NCBI GenBank assembly: GCA_029932445.1
Contig: JAOZQB010000001.1
Location: 1-35,455 of the forward strand
DNA: 35,455 bases
Source of the DNA: Bacteroidales bacterium
Lineage (GTDB): Bacteria; Bacteroidota; Bacteroidia; Bacteroidales; JAADGE01
Direction: 5' to 3'
The first letter of the stretch is position 1, and the number at the start of each line of letters is the position of its first letter. Made by a program: the position numbers and the translations under genes. Positions 26,329 to 35,455 of the stretch are shown here, in pieces. The notes beneath the pieces were generated by a model. That model did not search any database. It saw only the letters and a list, made by a program, of their open reading frames with translations, and had not been told where the DNA came from.

Positions 26329-26859
26329 ATGATAAAGAAGATTGCAATTGCATCTGAAAGTCCCGTTAAAATTGAAGCTGTTAAAATTGCTTTTTCAAAA
26401 GTATTTCCCGATGTGAATTTTAATATTAAAAGTATGTCGGTTGCTTCCGGAGTTCCTGATCAACCTATGGGGAACGAAGAGACATATACGGGAGCAAAAA
26501 ACAGAGCAAAAAATATTCAAACTAAAATTTCTGATTTTAATTTTTGGATAGGAATTGAAGGCGGAATTGAAAAAAATATACACGGAACCGAAGCTTTTGC
26601 ATGGATTTATATTATTTCGGGAAATAAAACCGGAAAAGCACGTACGGCAAGTTTCTTTTTACCGAAAAAAATAACCGATTTGATTGAAAAAGGTTATGAA
26701 CTTGGTGAAGCAGATGATATTGTTTTCAAACAAAAAGATTCAAAAATGAAAACCGGTGCAGTAGGAATATTAACAAAAAATATTACTTCTCGTTCTGACT
26801 ATTATTCAGAAGCCGTTATTTTAGCTCTGATACCTTTTATTAATGATGATTTATATTGA
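26329..26859 (+). CDS. yjjX: Inosine/xanthosine triphosphatase (YjjX/DUF84 NTPase)
   Basis: 176 aa. IAIASESPVKIEAVKIAF...SGVPDQPMGNEETYTGAKNRAKN...IGIEGG. Confidence 0.75.
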   Translation: MIKKIAIASESPVKIEAVKIAFSKVFPDVNFNIKSMSVASGVPDQPMGNEETYTGAKNRAKNIQTKISDFNFWIGIEGGIEKNIHGTEAFAWIYIISGNKTGKARTASFFLPKKITDLIEKGYELGEADDIVFKQKDSKMKTGAVGILTKNITSRSDYYSEAVILALIPFINDDLY

Positions 26860-26882
26860 GAAATGATAATTGAAACAGACTG

Positions 26883-27650
26883 ATGACTTGGATTGAAATA
26901 ACAGAACTTGTATTATTGGGGATTTTCGTCGGTTTTGTCAATACCCTTTCCGGAAGCGGCTCATTGCTGACTTTGCCTTTCCTCATTTCTTTGGGATTGC
27001 CGGCAAATGTGGCTAACGGTACAAACAGAATTGCAATTTTACTGCAAAATGTAGTAGGTGTTGCAAGTTTTAAAAAGCAAAAAGTTTTTGAATTTAAAGA
27101 AGCCGTTTGGCTGACAATTCCTGCAATTATAGGTGCCGTAATCGGTGCTTCGGTTGCCGTAAAAATAAGTGATGCTTTAATGGAAAAAATAATTGCCGGG
27201 ATTTTAGTTTTTATGTTTCTCTTATTAATTTTTAAGCCGAATATGTGGCTGAGGGAACAAGCTAAAGATTTAAAAACAAAGCCGACTTTTATTCAATTTA
27301 TTGTATTATTTTTTGTTGGAATTTACGGCGGATTTATTCAAGCCGGTGTAGGGTTGTTTTTATTAGCCGGTTTGGTACTGGGTGCGGGTTTCGATTTGGT
27401 GAAAGCGAATGCAGTTAAAGGATTTATTATTTTATTGTACACCGTATTCGCCTTATCAATATTTATTTACAACGATTCCGTTGATTATAAAATCGGATTG
27501 ATACTTGCCGGCGGAAATATGGCAGGGGCATTTATTGCGAGCAGATTTGCAGTAGATTGGGGACCGAAATTTGTTCGATACGTTTTATTAGTGGTTTTAT
27601 TTTTAGCATCTTTGAAATTATTCGGAGTGTTTGATTATTTGTTCTCTTGA
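26883..27650 (+). CDS. TauE/SafE-family anion exporter membrane protein
   Basis: 255 aa, about 8 TM. GFVNTLSGSGSLLTLPFLISLGLPANVANGTNRIAIL is the family N-terminal signature. Confidence 0.75.
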   Translation: MTWIEITELVLLGIFVGFVNTLSGSGSLLTLPFLISLGLPANVANGTNRIAILLQNVVGVASFKKQKVFEFKEAVWLTIPAIIGAVIGASVAVKISDALMEKIIAGILVFMFLLLIFKPNMWLREQAKDLKTKPTFIQFIVLFFVGIYGGFIQAGVGLFLLAGLVLGAGFDLVKANAVKGFIILLYTVFALSIFIYNDSVDYKIGLILAGGNMAGAFIASRFAVDWGPKFVRYVLLVVLFLASLKLFGVFDYLFS

Positions 27651-28549
27651 AAATTACAGAAAATCATATCGTATCTGAGGAAATTACCGGACTCGTCAGA
27701 GCCGTTGATTATATCCTGAAAGAATTTTCTTTTTTTGAAACAAAATCAGGTGTTAAAAAAGCAATAAAAAAGCAAAGAATTAAAATTGACGGGCAAATTT
27801 GCCTTACGGGAACAATTATAAAAACCGGACAAATTATAGAACTTTTTGAAGAAAAATCAAGCATTCGCAAAATTTTCAAACTGAAACTTCCGATAATTTT
27901 TGAAGATGATTTTATTGCCGTAATTGATAAACCCGGCGGTATCAGTGTCAGCGGGAATTATTTTAAAACAGTACAAAATGCTTTGCCTTATAATTTGAAA
28001 AAATCAGGTGAAAAAGATGCTTTAGAATTTCCTTTGCCTGTTCATCGTCTTGATAATCAGACTTCAGGATTGTTGTTAATTGCAAAAACCCGACAAGCAA
28101 GAATACATCTCGGAAAACAATTTGAAGAAAAGCAAGTAAAGAAAATGTATTATGCCGTTGTTATCGGTACACCGCCGAACAAAGGCAGCATAAATTTTCC
28201 GATTGAGGGCAAAGATGCATTTACGGAATTTGAATGTATTCGAAGTGAAAAATCATTAAGAAACGGACATTTATCTTTAATAAAATTGTTTCCGCATACC
28301 GGAAGAACACATCAACTGCGAATTCACTGCGAGAAATCCGGTTTCCCTATTCTCGGAGATAAACTGTATCATTCCGATTTGTCTGTTTTTAAAGGGAAAG
28401 GTCTTTTCTTATCGGCTTCGCAATTGGCTTTTAATCATCCGATTACAAATTCTCCCTTGAGTTTTGCTGTTCCGTATCCGAAAAAATTTGACACGATTAT
28501 TGAACGGGAAAAAAGACGCTTTATATCTAATATTGATAGGAATTATTAA
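27647..28549 (+). CDS. RluA-family pseudouridine synthase
   Basis: 300 aa. TTG start overlapping the upstream TGA. S4-like N-terminus, catalytic HRLDNQTSGLLLIAK, and C-terminal TGRTHQLRIH. Confidence 0.85.
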   Translation: MKITENHIVSEEITGLVRAVDYILKEFSFFETKSGVKKAIKKQRIKIDGQICLTGTIIKTGQIIELFEEKSSIRKIFKLKLPIIFEDDFIAVIDKPGGISVSGNYFKTVQNALPYNLKKSGEKDALEFPLPVHRLDNQTSGLLLIAKTRQARIHLGKQFEEKQVKKMYYAVVIGTPPNKGSINFPIEGKDAFTEFECIRSEKSLRNGHLSLIKLFPHTGRTHQLRIHCEKSGFPILGDKLYHSDLSVFKGKGLFLSASQLAFNHPITNSPLSFAVPYPKKFDTIIEREKRRFISNIDRNY

Positions 28550-28586
28550 GGATATTTGTTTGGTTGAGAAATACAAATATCCTTAA
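28546..28586. terminator. 14-bp perfect hairpin between convergent genes
   Basis: TTAAGGATATTTGT (28546-59) / ACAAATATCCTTAA (28573-86). It overlaps the rluA-family stop codon and has no clean U-tract on either side. Confidence 0.5.
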
Positions 28587-28607
28587 TAAAAAAATTAAAA
28601 TAATATA

Positions 28608-29441
28608 CTATTGTTCATGTTGTAAGGTACATTTTGAACAGCCTTCAGCAGAACAATAATGGATTGTTCCTTTTGGAGTCCATGTTGATCCGTATGTACA
28701 CCCGCTTCCGGAACCGCAACTGCAGTTGTATCCTTTAGAATCATCAAGAAAGAAACCCAGAATTCCCTGTTTCTTCATACCGACAACAATTAGTTTTCCA
28801 AGAAATTCTGTAGGAACCATAACGTAGCCTTCAGGTATTTTATTAATTGTTGCTCCTTTTAATTTTTCAATATCAGATTCATTTGTATGTCCTTCAATAA
28901 ATTTATAAAAATGTTCTAATACATCTTTGTCCTTAAAAATGAATGGCTTGGGTGAAGGAATGTTTTGAAAATCATCTTCATCAGTAAAAAAACGTTCGGG
29001 TTTATTGAAATTTACGATTTGTGCATCTTTTAAATAAAACTTTTCAGCACCTTTCTCAATTTGCATCAAACATCTACTGCAAGTTCCGTCTGTAGAACAT
29101 CCGCTTTGATTTCCGATCATATAGGGATCGCAACCTTTCCCTGCCAAACATTCACATGAAACAGAACTTTTTGAAAAAGATTTAACTCTTTCATTTTCGT
29201 CTTTATCAGTTAATAAAGTAATTAACTTATAACCATCCGGAAGAACGAAATTAAGAGATTTACCTTCAATCGATAATTCTGTTTCGACAGGAAATGTAAA
29301 CATTTCATTATACATAACAGATTCTTTAATTTTTATCGGAAATGTTTTGTTTTGTAATGAAGTATCTCTTTCACAAGAATTCAAAAGACTCATTGAAAGA
29401 AAAATTAAAACCGTACTGATAATAAATAAGAACTTTTTCAT
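28608..29441 (-). CDS. Cys-rich lipoprotein with an internally duplicated 6-Cys module; unknown function
   Basis: 277 aa. Lipobox LLNSC. Two modules end in SCECLAGKGCDPYMIGNQSGCSTDGTCSRCLMQ and NCSCGSGSGCTYGSTWTPKGTIHYCSAEGCSKCTLQ. Confidence 0.7.
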   Translation of the reverse strand: MKKFLFIISTVLIFLSMSLLNSCERDTSLQNKTFPIKIKESVMYNEMFTFPVETELSIEGKSLNFVLPDGYKLITLLTDKDENERVKSFSKSSVSCECLAGKGCDPYMIGNQSGCSTDGTCSRCLMQIEKGAEKFYLKDAQIVNFNKPERFFTDEDDFQNIPSPKPFIFKDKDVLEHFYKFIEGHTNESDIEKLKGATINKIPEGYVMVPTEFLGKLIVVGMKKQGILGFFLDDSKGYNCSCGSGSGCTYGSTWTPKGTIHYCSAEGCSKCTLQHEQ

Positions 29442-29477
29442 AATATAAAATTTTAATTATTAAAGTTACGAATTTAG

Positions 29478-29490
29478 AAAAAAAAAAAAA
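29478..29490. repeat. A13 homopolymer (T13 on the gene strand) upstream of the Cys-rich lipoprotein gene
   Basis: Counted directly: g-aaaaaaaaaaaaa-c, 37-49 nt upstream of the ATG at 29441. Confidence 0.9.
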
Positions 29491-29815
29491 CGATTTCGGA
29501 GATTTTTTATCATGTTTTACAGCATCTTATTGAGGAATGATACATATTTAATAAGGTTTAAATTGTTTAAGTAATGTTTTTGCAAACATCTGATTTATAA
29601 ATGTTAAATAATTTGTATATCCGTAATATGTCATAATTCTGTAATTTCGGCATTAAAAGGTCTATCGAAGATACGTTCTCCGAAATATCTTCATAAATCT
29701 TTATTTTTCTCAAAAAAAATACTTAATTTTAATTATGATTGTTTACCAATATACAATTAAATAATATGTATAATAAAAAAATATTGCTTGTAAAGGACTA
29801 AATACATTAAAGTTT

Positions 29816-29823
29816 TATCTTTG
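29816..29823 (+). promoter_or_regulatory. -7 promoter box TATCTTTG for the ABC-F gene
   Basis: Perfect TAnnTTTG in TATCTTTGCAGCC context, 17 nt upstream of the ATG at 29840. Confidence 0.45.
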
Positions 29824-29839
29824 CAGCCAATTTTAAAAA

Positions 29840-31783
29840 ATGGTTTCTGTAAATAACATAATACTTGCCTTCAGCGGAAAAACCTTGCTCGATAATATTT
29901 CTTTTGTCGTAAACAAAAAAGATCGCATCGGTTTAACCGGAAAAAACGGTGCCGGCAAATCCACTTTAATGAAAATTATGAGCGGATTGCAAGAAGTTGA
30001 CGGAGGCAGTATATCATTTCCTTCCGAAATGAAAATCGGATATCTCCCGCAACAAATGACTTATCCGAAAGGAAAAACGGTGTTGGAAGAAACATTTACA
30101 GCTTTTTCTGAAATTTTTAAGCTTGAAAAGCAAATTGAAAATATCGGAAATCAATTAGCCGAAAGAGATGATTATCACAATGATGCGTATTTGGAACTAA
30201 TTGAACAACTGAATAAAAAAGAAGAACAGTTTCGTTTGCTCGGCGGAAATTCTGTTCACGGCGAAGTCGAAAAAACCTTAAAAGGTTTGGGTTTTGAGCA
30301 AAATGATTTTCAACGGCAAGTTACCGAGTTCAGCGGCGGTTGGCGAATGCGTATTGAATTGGCAAAAATAATTCTTCAAAAACCCGATTTACTTTTGCTT
30401 GACGAACCGACCAATCATCTTGATATAGAGTCGATAGAATGGCTGGAACAACTTTTGATTTCATATCCCGGTGCAATTATGTTAATATCGCACGACAGAA
30501 CCTTTTTAGATAATATTACCAAACGAACTATTGAAATTTCACTGGGTAAAATTTATGATTACAAAGCTGCTTACAGTAAATATGAGCAATTGCGGAAAGA
30601 ACGCATCGAACAACAAACGGCGGCTTATGAAAATCAGCAGAAAAAAATAAAAGATACCGAACAATTTATCGAACGGTTCAGAGCAAAAGCAACCAAAGCC
30701 GTGCAAGTGCAATCGCGCATTAAGCAATTGGAAAAAATTGACCGTATTGAAATTGATAAAACCGATATTTCCGATTTACATGTGAAATTTCCGCCGGCTC
30801 CGCATTCCGGAGAATTGACACTTGATGTTGAATATCTTACTAAAAAATATGATCATAAAACCATTCTGAAAGATATTATTTTGACTGTTGAAAGAGGTCG
30901 GAAGATTGCTTTTGTAGGAAAAAACGGTGCGGGAAAAACAACCTTAATAAAAATTATTACCGGTAAAACAGATTTTTCCGGAAAAGTAAAATTGGGACAT
31001 TTGGTTAAAATCGGCTATTTTGCTCAGAATCAGGAAAAAGAATTGGATGAAAATAAAACCGTTTTTGAAACATTGGATGATATTGCGGTAGGAGAGGTGC
31101 GAAAAAAGTTGCGAACAATCTTGGGAAATTTCCTTTTCAGTGATGATGATATTGAAAAAAAAGTTGCCGTATTATCCGGTGGTGAACGTGCTCGATTGGC
31201 ATTGGCGAAGTTGATGTTGGAACCTTATAATTTTTTAATTTTGGATGAACCGACCAACCATTTGGATATTCATTCGAAAGATGTTTTGAAACAGGCACTT
31301 ATGCAATATAACGGAACTTTAATAGTCGTTTCTCACGACAGACATTTTCTGAACGGATTGCCTGATGAGATTTATGAATTTACAAATCATAAAATCAAGA
31401 AACATTCAGGTGATATAAATTTATTTTTGGAAAAGAAAAAAGCAGAAAGTCTAAAACAATTTGAAAAAAACAGTGGTACAAAAAAAAATAAAATTAGTAC
31501 AAGTTCAAACAATAAAGATTTGTATTTAAAACGAAAAGAAGCAGATAAAGAAATTCGTAAAGCCGAAAAAGAACACAATAATCTTGAAAAACGAATTGAA
31601 GAATTAGAAGATTTTATTACCGAATGTGAAGACAAATTATCTTCCGGAGAAAAAATAACCGATACAAATTTTTGGACTGATTTTGAAAATGCAAAAAAAG
31701 AAGTTGATCAAAAGATGTTGATTTGGGATGAGTTAACTCAAAAAATATCCGAATTTACCCAAAAAAAAGATTCGTTAAAATAA
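29840..31783 (+). CDS. ABC-F family ATPase (two NBDs, no TMD) with C-terminal coiled coil
   Basis: 647 aa. Two Walker A sites (GKNGAGKST twice), two signatures (FSGGWRMR, LSGGERAR), two Walker B sites (LLLLDEPTNHLD, FLILDEPTNHLD), an inter-domain linker and a K/E-rich tail. Confidence 0.9.
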   Translation: MVSVNNIILAFSGKTLLDNISFVVNKKDRIGLTGKNGAGKSTLMKIMSGLQEVDGGSISFPSEMKIGYLPQQMTYPKGKTVLEETFTAFSEIFKLEKQIENIGNQLAERDDYHNDAYLELIEQLNKKEEQFRLLGGNSVHGEVEKTLKGLGFEQNDFQRQVTEFSGGWRMRIELAKIILQKPDLLLLDEPTNHLDIESIEWLEQLLISYPGAIMLISHDRTFLDNITKRTIEISLGKIYDYKAAYSKYEQLRKERIEQQTAAYENQQKKIKDTEQFIERFRAKATKAVQVQSRIKQLEKIDRIEIDKTDISDLHVKFPPAPHSGELTLDVEYLTKKYDHKTILKDIILTVERGRKIAFVGKNGAGKTTLIKIITGKTDFSGKVKLGHLVKIGYFAQNQEKELDENKTVFETLDDIAVGEVRKKLRTILGNFLFSDDDIEKKVAVLSGGERARLALAKLMLEPYNFLILDEPTNHLDIHSKDVLKQALMQYNGTLIVVSHDRHFLNGLPDEIYEFTNHKIKKHSGDINLFLEKKKAESLKQFEKNSGTKKNKISTSSNNKDLYLKRKEADKEIRKAEKEHNNLEKRIEELEDFITECEDKLSSGEKITDTNFWTDFENAKKEVDQKMLIWDELTQKISEFTQKKDSLK

Positions 31784-31830
31784 ACTTCACGAAATTTCGA
31801 TTGTGGTTATCCGAAAATAAAATATATTCT

Positions 31831-31838
31831 TATATTTG
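31831..31838 (+). promoter_or_regulatory. -7 promoter box TATATTTG upstream of the three-gene ABCG module
   Basis: Perfect TAnnTTTG, 89 nt upstream of the ATG at 31927. Confidence 0.3.
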
Positions 31839-31926
31839 CATTTAACTTGTTTTTAATATTTTAAGCAAATGTTCTTTTTGTTTTTTACTAAGTTAAGTAT
31901 TTGATAATAAGAAAAAATAGAAATTG

Positions 31927-32826
31927 ATGGTAAGACAAACTTTCAGAATAGTTATTACTGTTTTAATAATTTCCGGATTATTCTTTTATCCGAATTGCAA
32001 AGGAGAAGATTCGGATAAAGATACAAATGCCGACTCTCTTCAAATTCAGAATTCTGATAAAACATTTAAATTCAAAGAAAAGCTGTTCAGTATTCCGTCA
32101 CCTTTTGTTGCATCAGACTTAATAAAAGAAATTTCTGATGATTTTAACAGCGATCTTCTGAATCCTGCCGAAAATAAAATTAATTATACAACAACTTCCG
32201 ACAAAGCGTTAAATCTTGGTGTTTATACTGCAGATTTAGCGTATTCAAATGTATATGAACAGTTTTCTTCAACAACAAAATACATTAAAGTTGTTCGTAA
32301 TTTATCTTCTGAGTTACAAATCATGAATTCATATACGGACAAGGTTCTTGAAAATTTCGAAAAGAATTTGAATGATAAAGATTCATTAAATAAGATTTTT
32401 ACCAATGCATATCGAGAAACTGATTTGTATCTTTCTGAAAATAACAGACAGGAAATTGCTGATTTAGTAGTGACGGGTGCTTGGATTGAAGGATTGTTTT
32501 TAATGACACAAATTGCTCAAGAAGAAAATAATAAAGAATTAATTGACCGAATCGGTGAGCAAAAGTATTCTCTTCAAAATTTAATAATTTTATTGAATAA
32601 GCATCAACAAAAAAATGAACAACTAAAATTTTTAAATAATAAATTGAATGAATTAAACCGTGAATTCAGTCAAATTGAAATAAAATATAAATACATTAAT
32701 CAAATTGTTGTTCCTAATGAACGAAAAAGTATTATTTTGAGCGAAACTCAAATTATTATTACCCCGGAATTATTAAAAAGGATTACTGAAAAAGTTAAAG
32801 AAATCAGAAAATTAATTATTAAATAA
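31927..32826 (+). CDS. Helical secreted or lipoprotein-like protein of unknown function
   Basis: ATG at 31927 (the track lists the adjacent TTG at 31924). Signal anchor VITVLIISGLFFYPNC. The rest is predicted helical and K/E/N-rich. Confidence 0.6.
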   Translation: MVRQTFRIVITVLIISGLFFYPNCKGEDSDKDTNADSLQIQNSDKTFKFKEKLFSIPSPFVASDLIKEISDDFNSDLLNPAENKINYTTTSDKALNLGVYTADLAYSNVYEQFSSTTKYIKVVRNLSSELQIMNSYTDKVLENFEKNLNDKDSLNKIFTNAYRETDLYLSENNRQEIADLVVTGAWIEGLFLMTQIAQEENNKELIDRIGEQKYSLQNLIILLNKHQQKNEQLKFLNNKLNELNREFSQIEIKYKYINQIVVPNERKSIILSETQIIITPELLKRITEKVKEIRKLIIK

Positions 32827-32838
32827 TTCAAAATTAAA

Positions 32839-33264
32839 GTGAAGAATTTAAAATTTAAATATTTCGTTCTTTTATTAAGTTTAATTGTATTAAAATTTAA
32901 TGCAACTGCTCAACTGGATTCGGTAATGGCAAGATGCAACACGCTTCTGACAGAAGATTTTATATCAGACGGACAACAATATTTAAGTTTAATTACAGGT
33001 GATCAAACGGCTGAATTCAGTGTTGTTTTTTACGGCGGGAATATATACAGAGTTATTTCATGCGGTGGTAACGACAGTAAAGATATCATTTTTAATATTT
33101 ATGATAAATATCGAAATTTATTGTTTTCGAATATTGATTATGATAATACCAATTATTGGAATTTTCAGTTTGAATCAACCGTTGAATGCTTTATTGAAGC
33201 AAAATTTGAACCGGGAAACAGCAGGTCCGGTTTTGCCGTTATCTTAATAGGTTTACAAAAATGA
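32839..33264 (+). CDS. Small secreted protein of unknown function
   Basis: 141 aa, GTG start, signal peptide MKNLKFKYFVLLLSLIVLKFNATAQ, beta-rich. Its stop overlaps the next ATG (ATGA). Confidence 0.55.
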   Translation: MKNLKFKYFVLLLSLIVLKFNATAQLDSVMARCNTLLTEDFISDGQQYLSLITGDQTAEFSVVFYGGNIYRVISCGGNDSKDIIFNIYDKYRNLLFSNIDYDNTNYWNFQFESTVECFIEAKFEPGNSRSGFAVILIGLQK

Positions 33265-35455
33265 GTGAAAATATTTTAAAAGCATTAATGCAGCTTTTTG
33301 CCATCATTGCTCGTCCGGACAGTGATGAGAGTTCTCGTCGTCCTCTTGTGAAATTGTTTTTGAACCAGCAACTTAATAAAGAGTTAGTATCGCATTATCT
33401 TATTATTTTTGATAATTTTTATCACGAACATCAAAAAAAATCTCAGAATAAACTTGCAAAAAGAATTGCATCTTCTTCAGTAAGAGTCCTTACTATTTGT
33501 ACAATAATAAATAAAGAACTGACCTTAAAACAAAAAATAATTGTTCTGGTTCGTTTATTGGAATTTATCAATTCTGAGGGTAAAGCTTCGGAGCAGGAAT
33601 ATGAGTTTGTTAAAACCGTTGCCGAAACTTTTTATATCTCCGATGAGGAATATAGAAGACTTAAAATGTTTGTTCTGAATAAAAAAGGGAATATTCCCGA
33701 GTTTGAAAATGTTTTGGTAATTCATGACAAAGAACCCGAAGATAAGAAAGTAAAATATCTTTATACAAAAGCACTTGATGAACCTATAATCGTATATTAC
33801 AGTAAGATATCAAATATGTATATCTTTGAATATTACGGTTCAAAAGAATTATTTCTTAACGGCCAACTGATTCTTAAAGATCGAGTATATGCACTTTCTG
33901 CCGGCTCTGCAATTCGTGATGCTAAACGACATCCGATTTATTTCAGCGATATCGTAAAAGCATTTAAAGACGAATCTCAAAAAACAAGTCTTCTTTTTGA
34001 AGTTAAGAATCTTACTTATAAGTTTCAGAGCGGAAAAATAGCTCTTCATAAAACTGATTTTACTGAAACTGACGGTAAACTTATCGGTATTATGGGTGCA
34101 AGCGGTTCCGGAAAATCAACCTTACTTAATATCCTTAACGGAAATTATCCTTCTTCAACCGGAGAAGTTTTAATAAACGGGTTTGATGTTAACAGAGATA
34201 AAGAAGAACTTGAAGGTATAATCGGTTTTGTTTCGCAAGATGATTTATTGATGGAGGATTTAACCGTTTTTCAAAATTTGTATTATAATGCCGAATTATG
34301 TTTCGGCGGCTTATCGAAAAATCAAATTCTTGAAAAGGTTGTTAAAATTCTAGAGGATCTCGGATTATTTGATATTCGGAACATGAAAGTCGGTAGTCCT
34401 TTGAATAAAAAAATCAGCGGCGGACAACGAAAACGTTTAAATATTGCTCTGGAATTAATCCGTGAACCTGCAATTTTATTTCTGGATGAACCAACTTCGG
34501 GTTTGTCGTCTCGTGATTCTGAAAATATTCTTGACTTACTGAAAGATATTACATTAAAAGGAAAATTGATTTTTGTTGTTATTCATCAACCGTCTTCCGA
34601 TATTTTTAAAATGTTTGATCGCCTGCTTATTCTTGACCAAGGCGGATATGTGGTATATAACAGTGATCCGGTAGATTCTTTAGTCTATTTTAAATCACGA
34701 ATAAAACAAGCCGATTGGAGTGAAAGCGAATGTCCCGTATGCGGAAATGTTAATGCAGAACAGATATTTGATATTTTAGAATCTCAAATATTGGATGAAT
34801 ACGGAAATTTAACTTCGCTGAGAAAATTTAAACCCAGAGAATGGTACACATATTACGAAGAAAATAAACCGAAAGAAGATATTCTGCCAAAAGCTGAAGT
34901 TGATAAAGATAAGATTTATAAATCATTACCCGATATAAAATTTAAAGTTCCTAATAAATTAAAACAATTTTGGATTTTTACTCAACGTGATGTTAAATCT
35001 AAATTAGCCAATGTTCAATATATGGTTCTGAATTTATTAGAAGCTCCGATTTTGGCTTATTTACTGTCAGAAATAATTAAATATTTAAATATTTCGGCAG
35101 AAAATACTATCGGTTATAATTTTAGCGAAAATGATAATATTCCCGTATATATTTTTATGGCTGTAATTATTGCCCTTTTTACCGGTCTAACAATGAGTGC
35201 CGATGAAATTATTAAAGACAGAAAAATAAGAACTCGTGAATCGTTTTTAAATTTGAGCAGAAATAGTTATTTGCTTTCTAAAGTATTCATACTCTTCGCA
35301 ATAGCGGCATATCAAGCATTGGCTTTTACTGTAATAGGCAATTCGATTTTGCATATTAAATCCATGTATTGGGAATATTGGCTAATCTTATTTTCAACTT
35401 GGGCCTCTTCAATAATGATGGGCTTGAATATTTCCGACGGATTTAAAACTTCCGT
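33261..35455 (+). CDS. ABCG-type (NBD-then-TMD) ABC transporter with N-terminal TerB-like and FHA-like regions; runs off the window
   Basis: Absent from the ORF track because it has no stop. My translation from the ATG at 33261 is open to the window end. Walker A GIMGASGSGKSTLLNIL, signature ISGGQRKRLNIALEL, Walker B ILFLDEPTSGLS, H-loop VIHQPS, then ABC-2 type TM helices. About 270 aa precede the NBD. Confidence 0.85.
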   Translation, partial: MSENILKALMQLFAIIARPDSDESSRRPLVKLFLNQQLNKELVSHYLIIFDNFYHEHQKKSQNKLAKRIASSSVRVLTICTIINKELTLKQKIIVLVRLLEFINSEGKASEQEYEFVKTVAETFYISDEEYRRLKMFVLNKKGNIPEFENVLVIHDKEPEDKKVKYLYTKALDEPIIVYYSKISNMYIFEYYGSKELFLNGQLILKDRVYALSAGSAIRDAKRHPIYFSDIVKAFKDESQKTSLLFEVKNLTYKFQSGKIALHKTDFTETDGKLIGIMGASGSGKSTLLNILNGNYPSSTGEVLINGFDVNRDKEELEGIIGFVSQDDLLMEDLTVFQNLYYNAELCFGGLSKNQILEKVVKILEDLGLFDIRNMKVGSPLNKKISGGQRKRLNIALELIREPAILFLDEPTSGLSSRDSENILDLLKDITLKGKLIFVVIHQPSSDIFKMFDRLLILDQGGYVVYNSDPVDSLVYFKSRIKQADWSESECPVCGNVNAEQIFDILESQILDEYGNLTSLRKFKPREWYTYYEENKPKEDILPKAEVDKDKIYKSLPDIKFKVPNKLKQFWIFTQRDVKSKLANVQYMVLNLLEAPILAYLLSEIIKYLNISAENTIGYNFSENDNIPVYIFMAVIIALFTGLTMSADEIIKDRKIRTRESFLNLSRNSYLLSKVFILFAIAAYQALAFTVIGNSILHIKSMYWEYWLILFSTWASSIMMGLNISDGFKTS

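Noticed and set aside
29493-29692. 10-nt inverted repeat ATTTCGGAGA / TCTCCGAAAT 174 nt apart, plus a local GAAGATA/TATCTTC hairpin, in the 400-nt intergenic region
   Set aside because: Statistically marginal for a 400-nt region, with no flanking coding or repeat context. It may be an operator pair but I cannot support that.
1-35455. Search for CRISPR arrays, rRNA, prophage or recognisable defence genes
   Set aside because: No regularly spaced direct repeats, rRNA-like sequence, or phage structural, integrase, restriction-modification or toxin-antitoxin motifs were seen by eye on either strand.

Overview
AT-rich chromosomal segment that looks like Bacteroidota. The evidence is repeated TAnnTTTG -7 promoter boxes ahead of genes, a T9SS type-B (gliding-motility) C-terminal sorting domain, and the gene content. 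All calls come from reading the sequence and recognising motifs; no database search was run. Most of the window is a housekeeping backbone. It holds a class-III aminotransferase (partial, runs off the left edge), trmH, hup, tRNA-Ser(UGA), fabI, a Na+/solute symporter and a GT-B glycosyltransferase. It continues with the rimP-nusA-infB operon, hisS, pdxJ, a CBS protein, a GT39 membrane glycosyltransferase, a T9SS-sorted adhesin, a TPR protein and a Wzz-like protein. The remainder is yjjX, a tauE-like gene, an rluA-family gene, an ABC-F ATPase and an ABCG-type transporter that runs off the right edge. The accessory part is about 16.9-20.0 kb. It contains (i) a 740-bp HUH/Y1 (IS200- or RAYT-like) transposase unit bounded by two copies of a 29-nt hairpin. 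Immediately downstream it contains (ii) two consecutive units of secreted or lipoprotein genes separated by roughly 160-nt imperfect hairpins whose ends look like integron attC sites (...ACAAC ... GTTGT...). In each unit the 5' core matches the inverse core at that unit's own 3' end, which is the circular-permutation signature of integron gene cassettes. No integrase is visible in the window. This is my best candidate for something unusual, but it rests on only two units and needs a covariance-model check. Other items worth a second look are an internally duplicated 6-Cys lipoprotein with an A13 tract in its promoter region, and a three-gene module ending in a TerB-like/FHA-like/ABCG fusion. 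A terminator-like hairpin also lies in the rimP-nusA-infB leader. I saw no CRISPR array, rRNA, prophage or recognisable defence genes.
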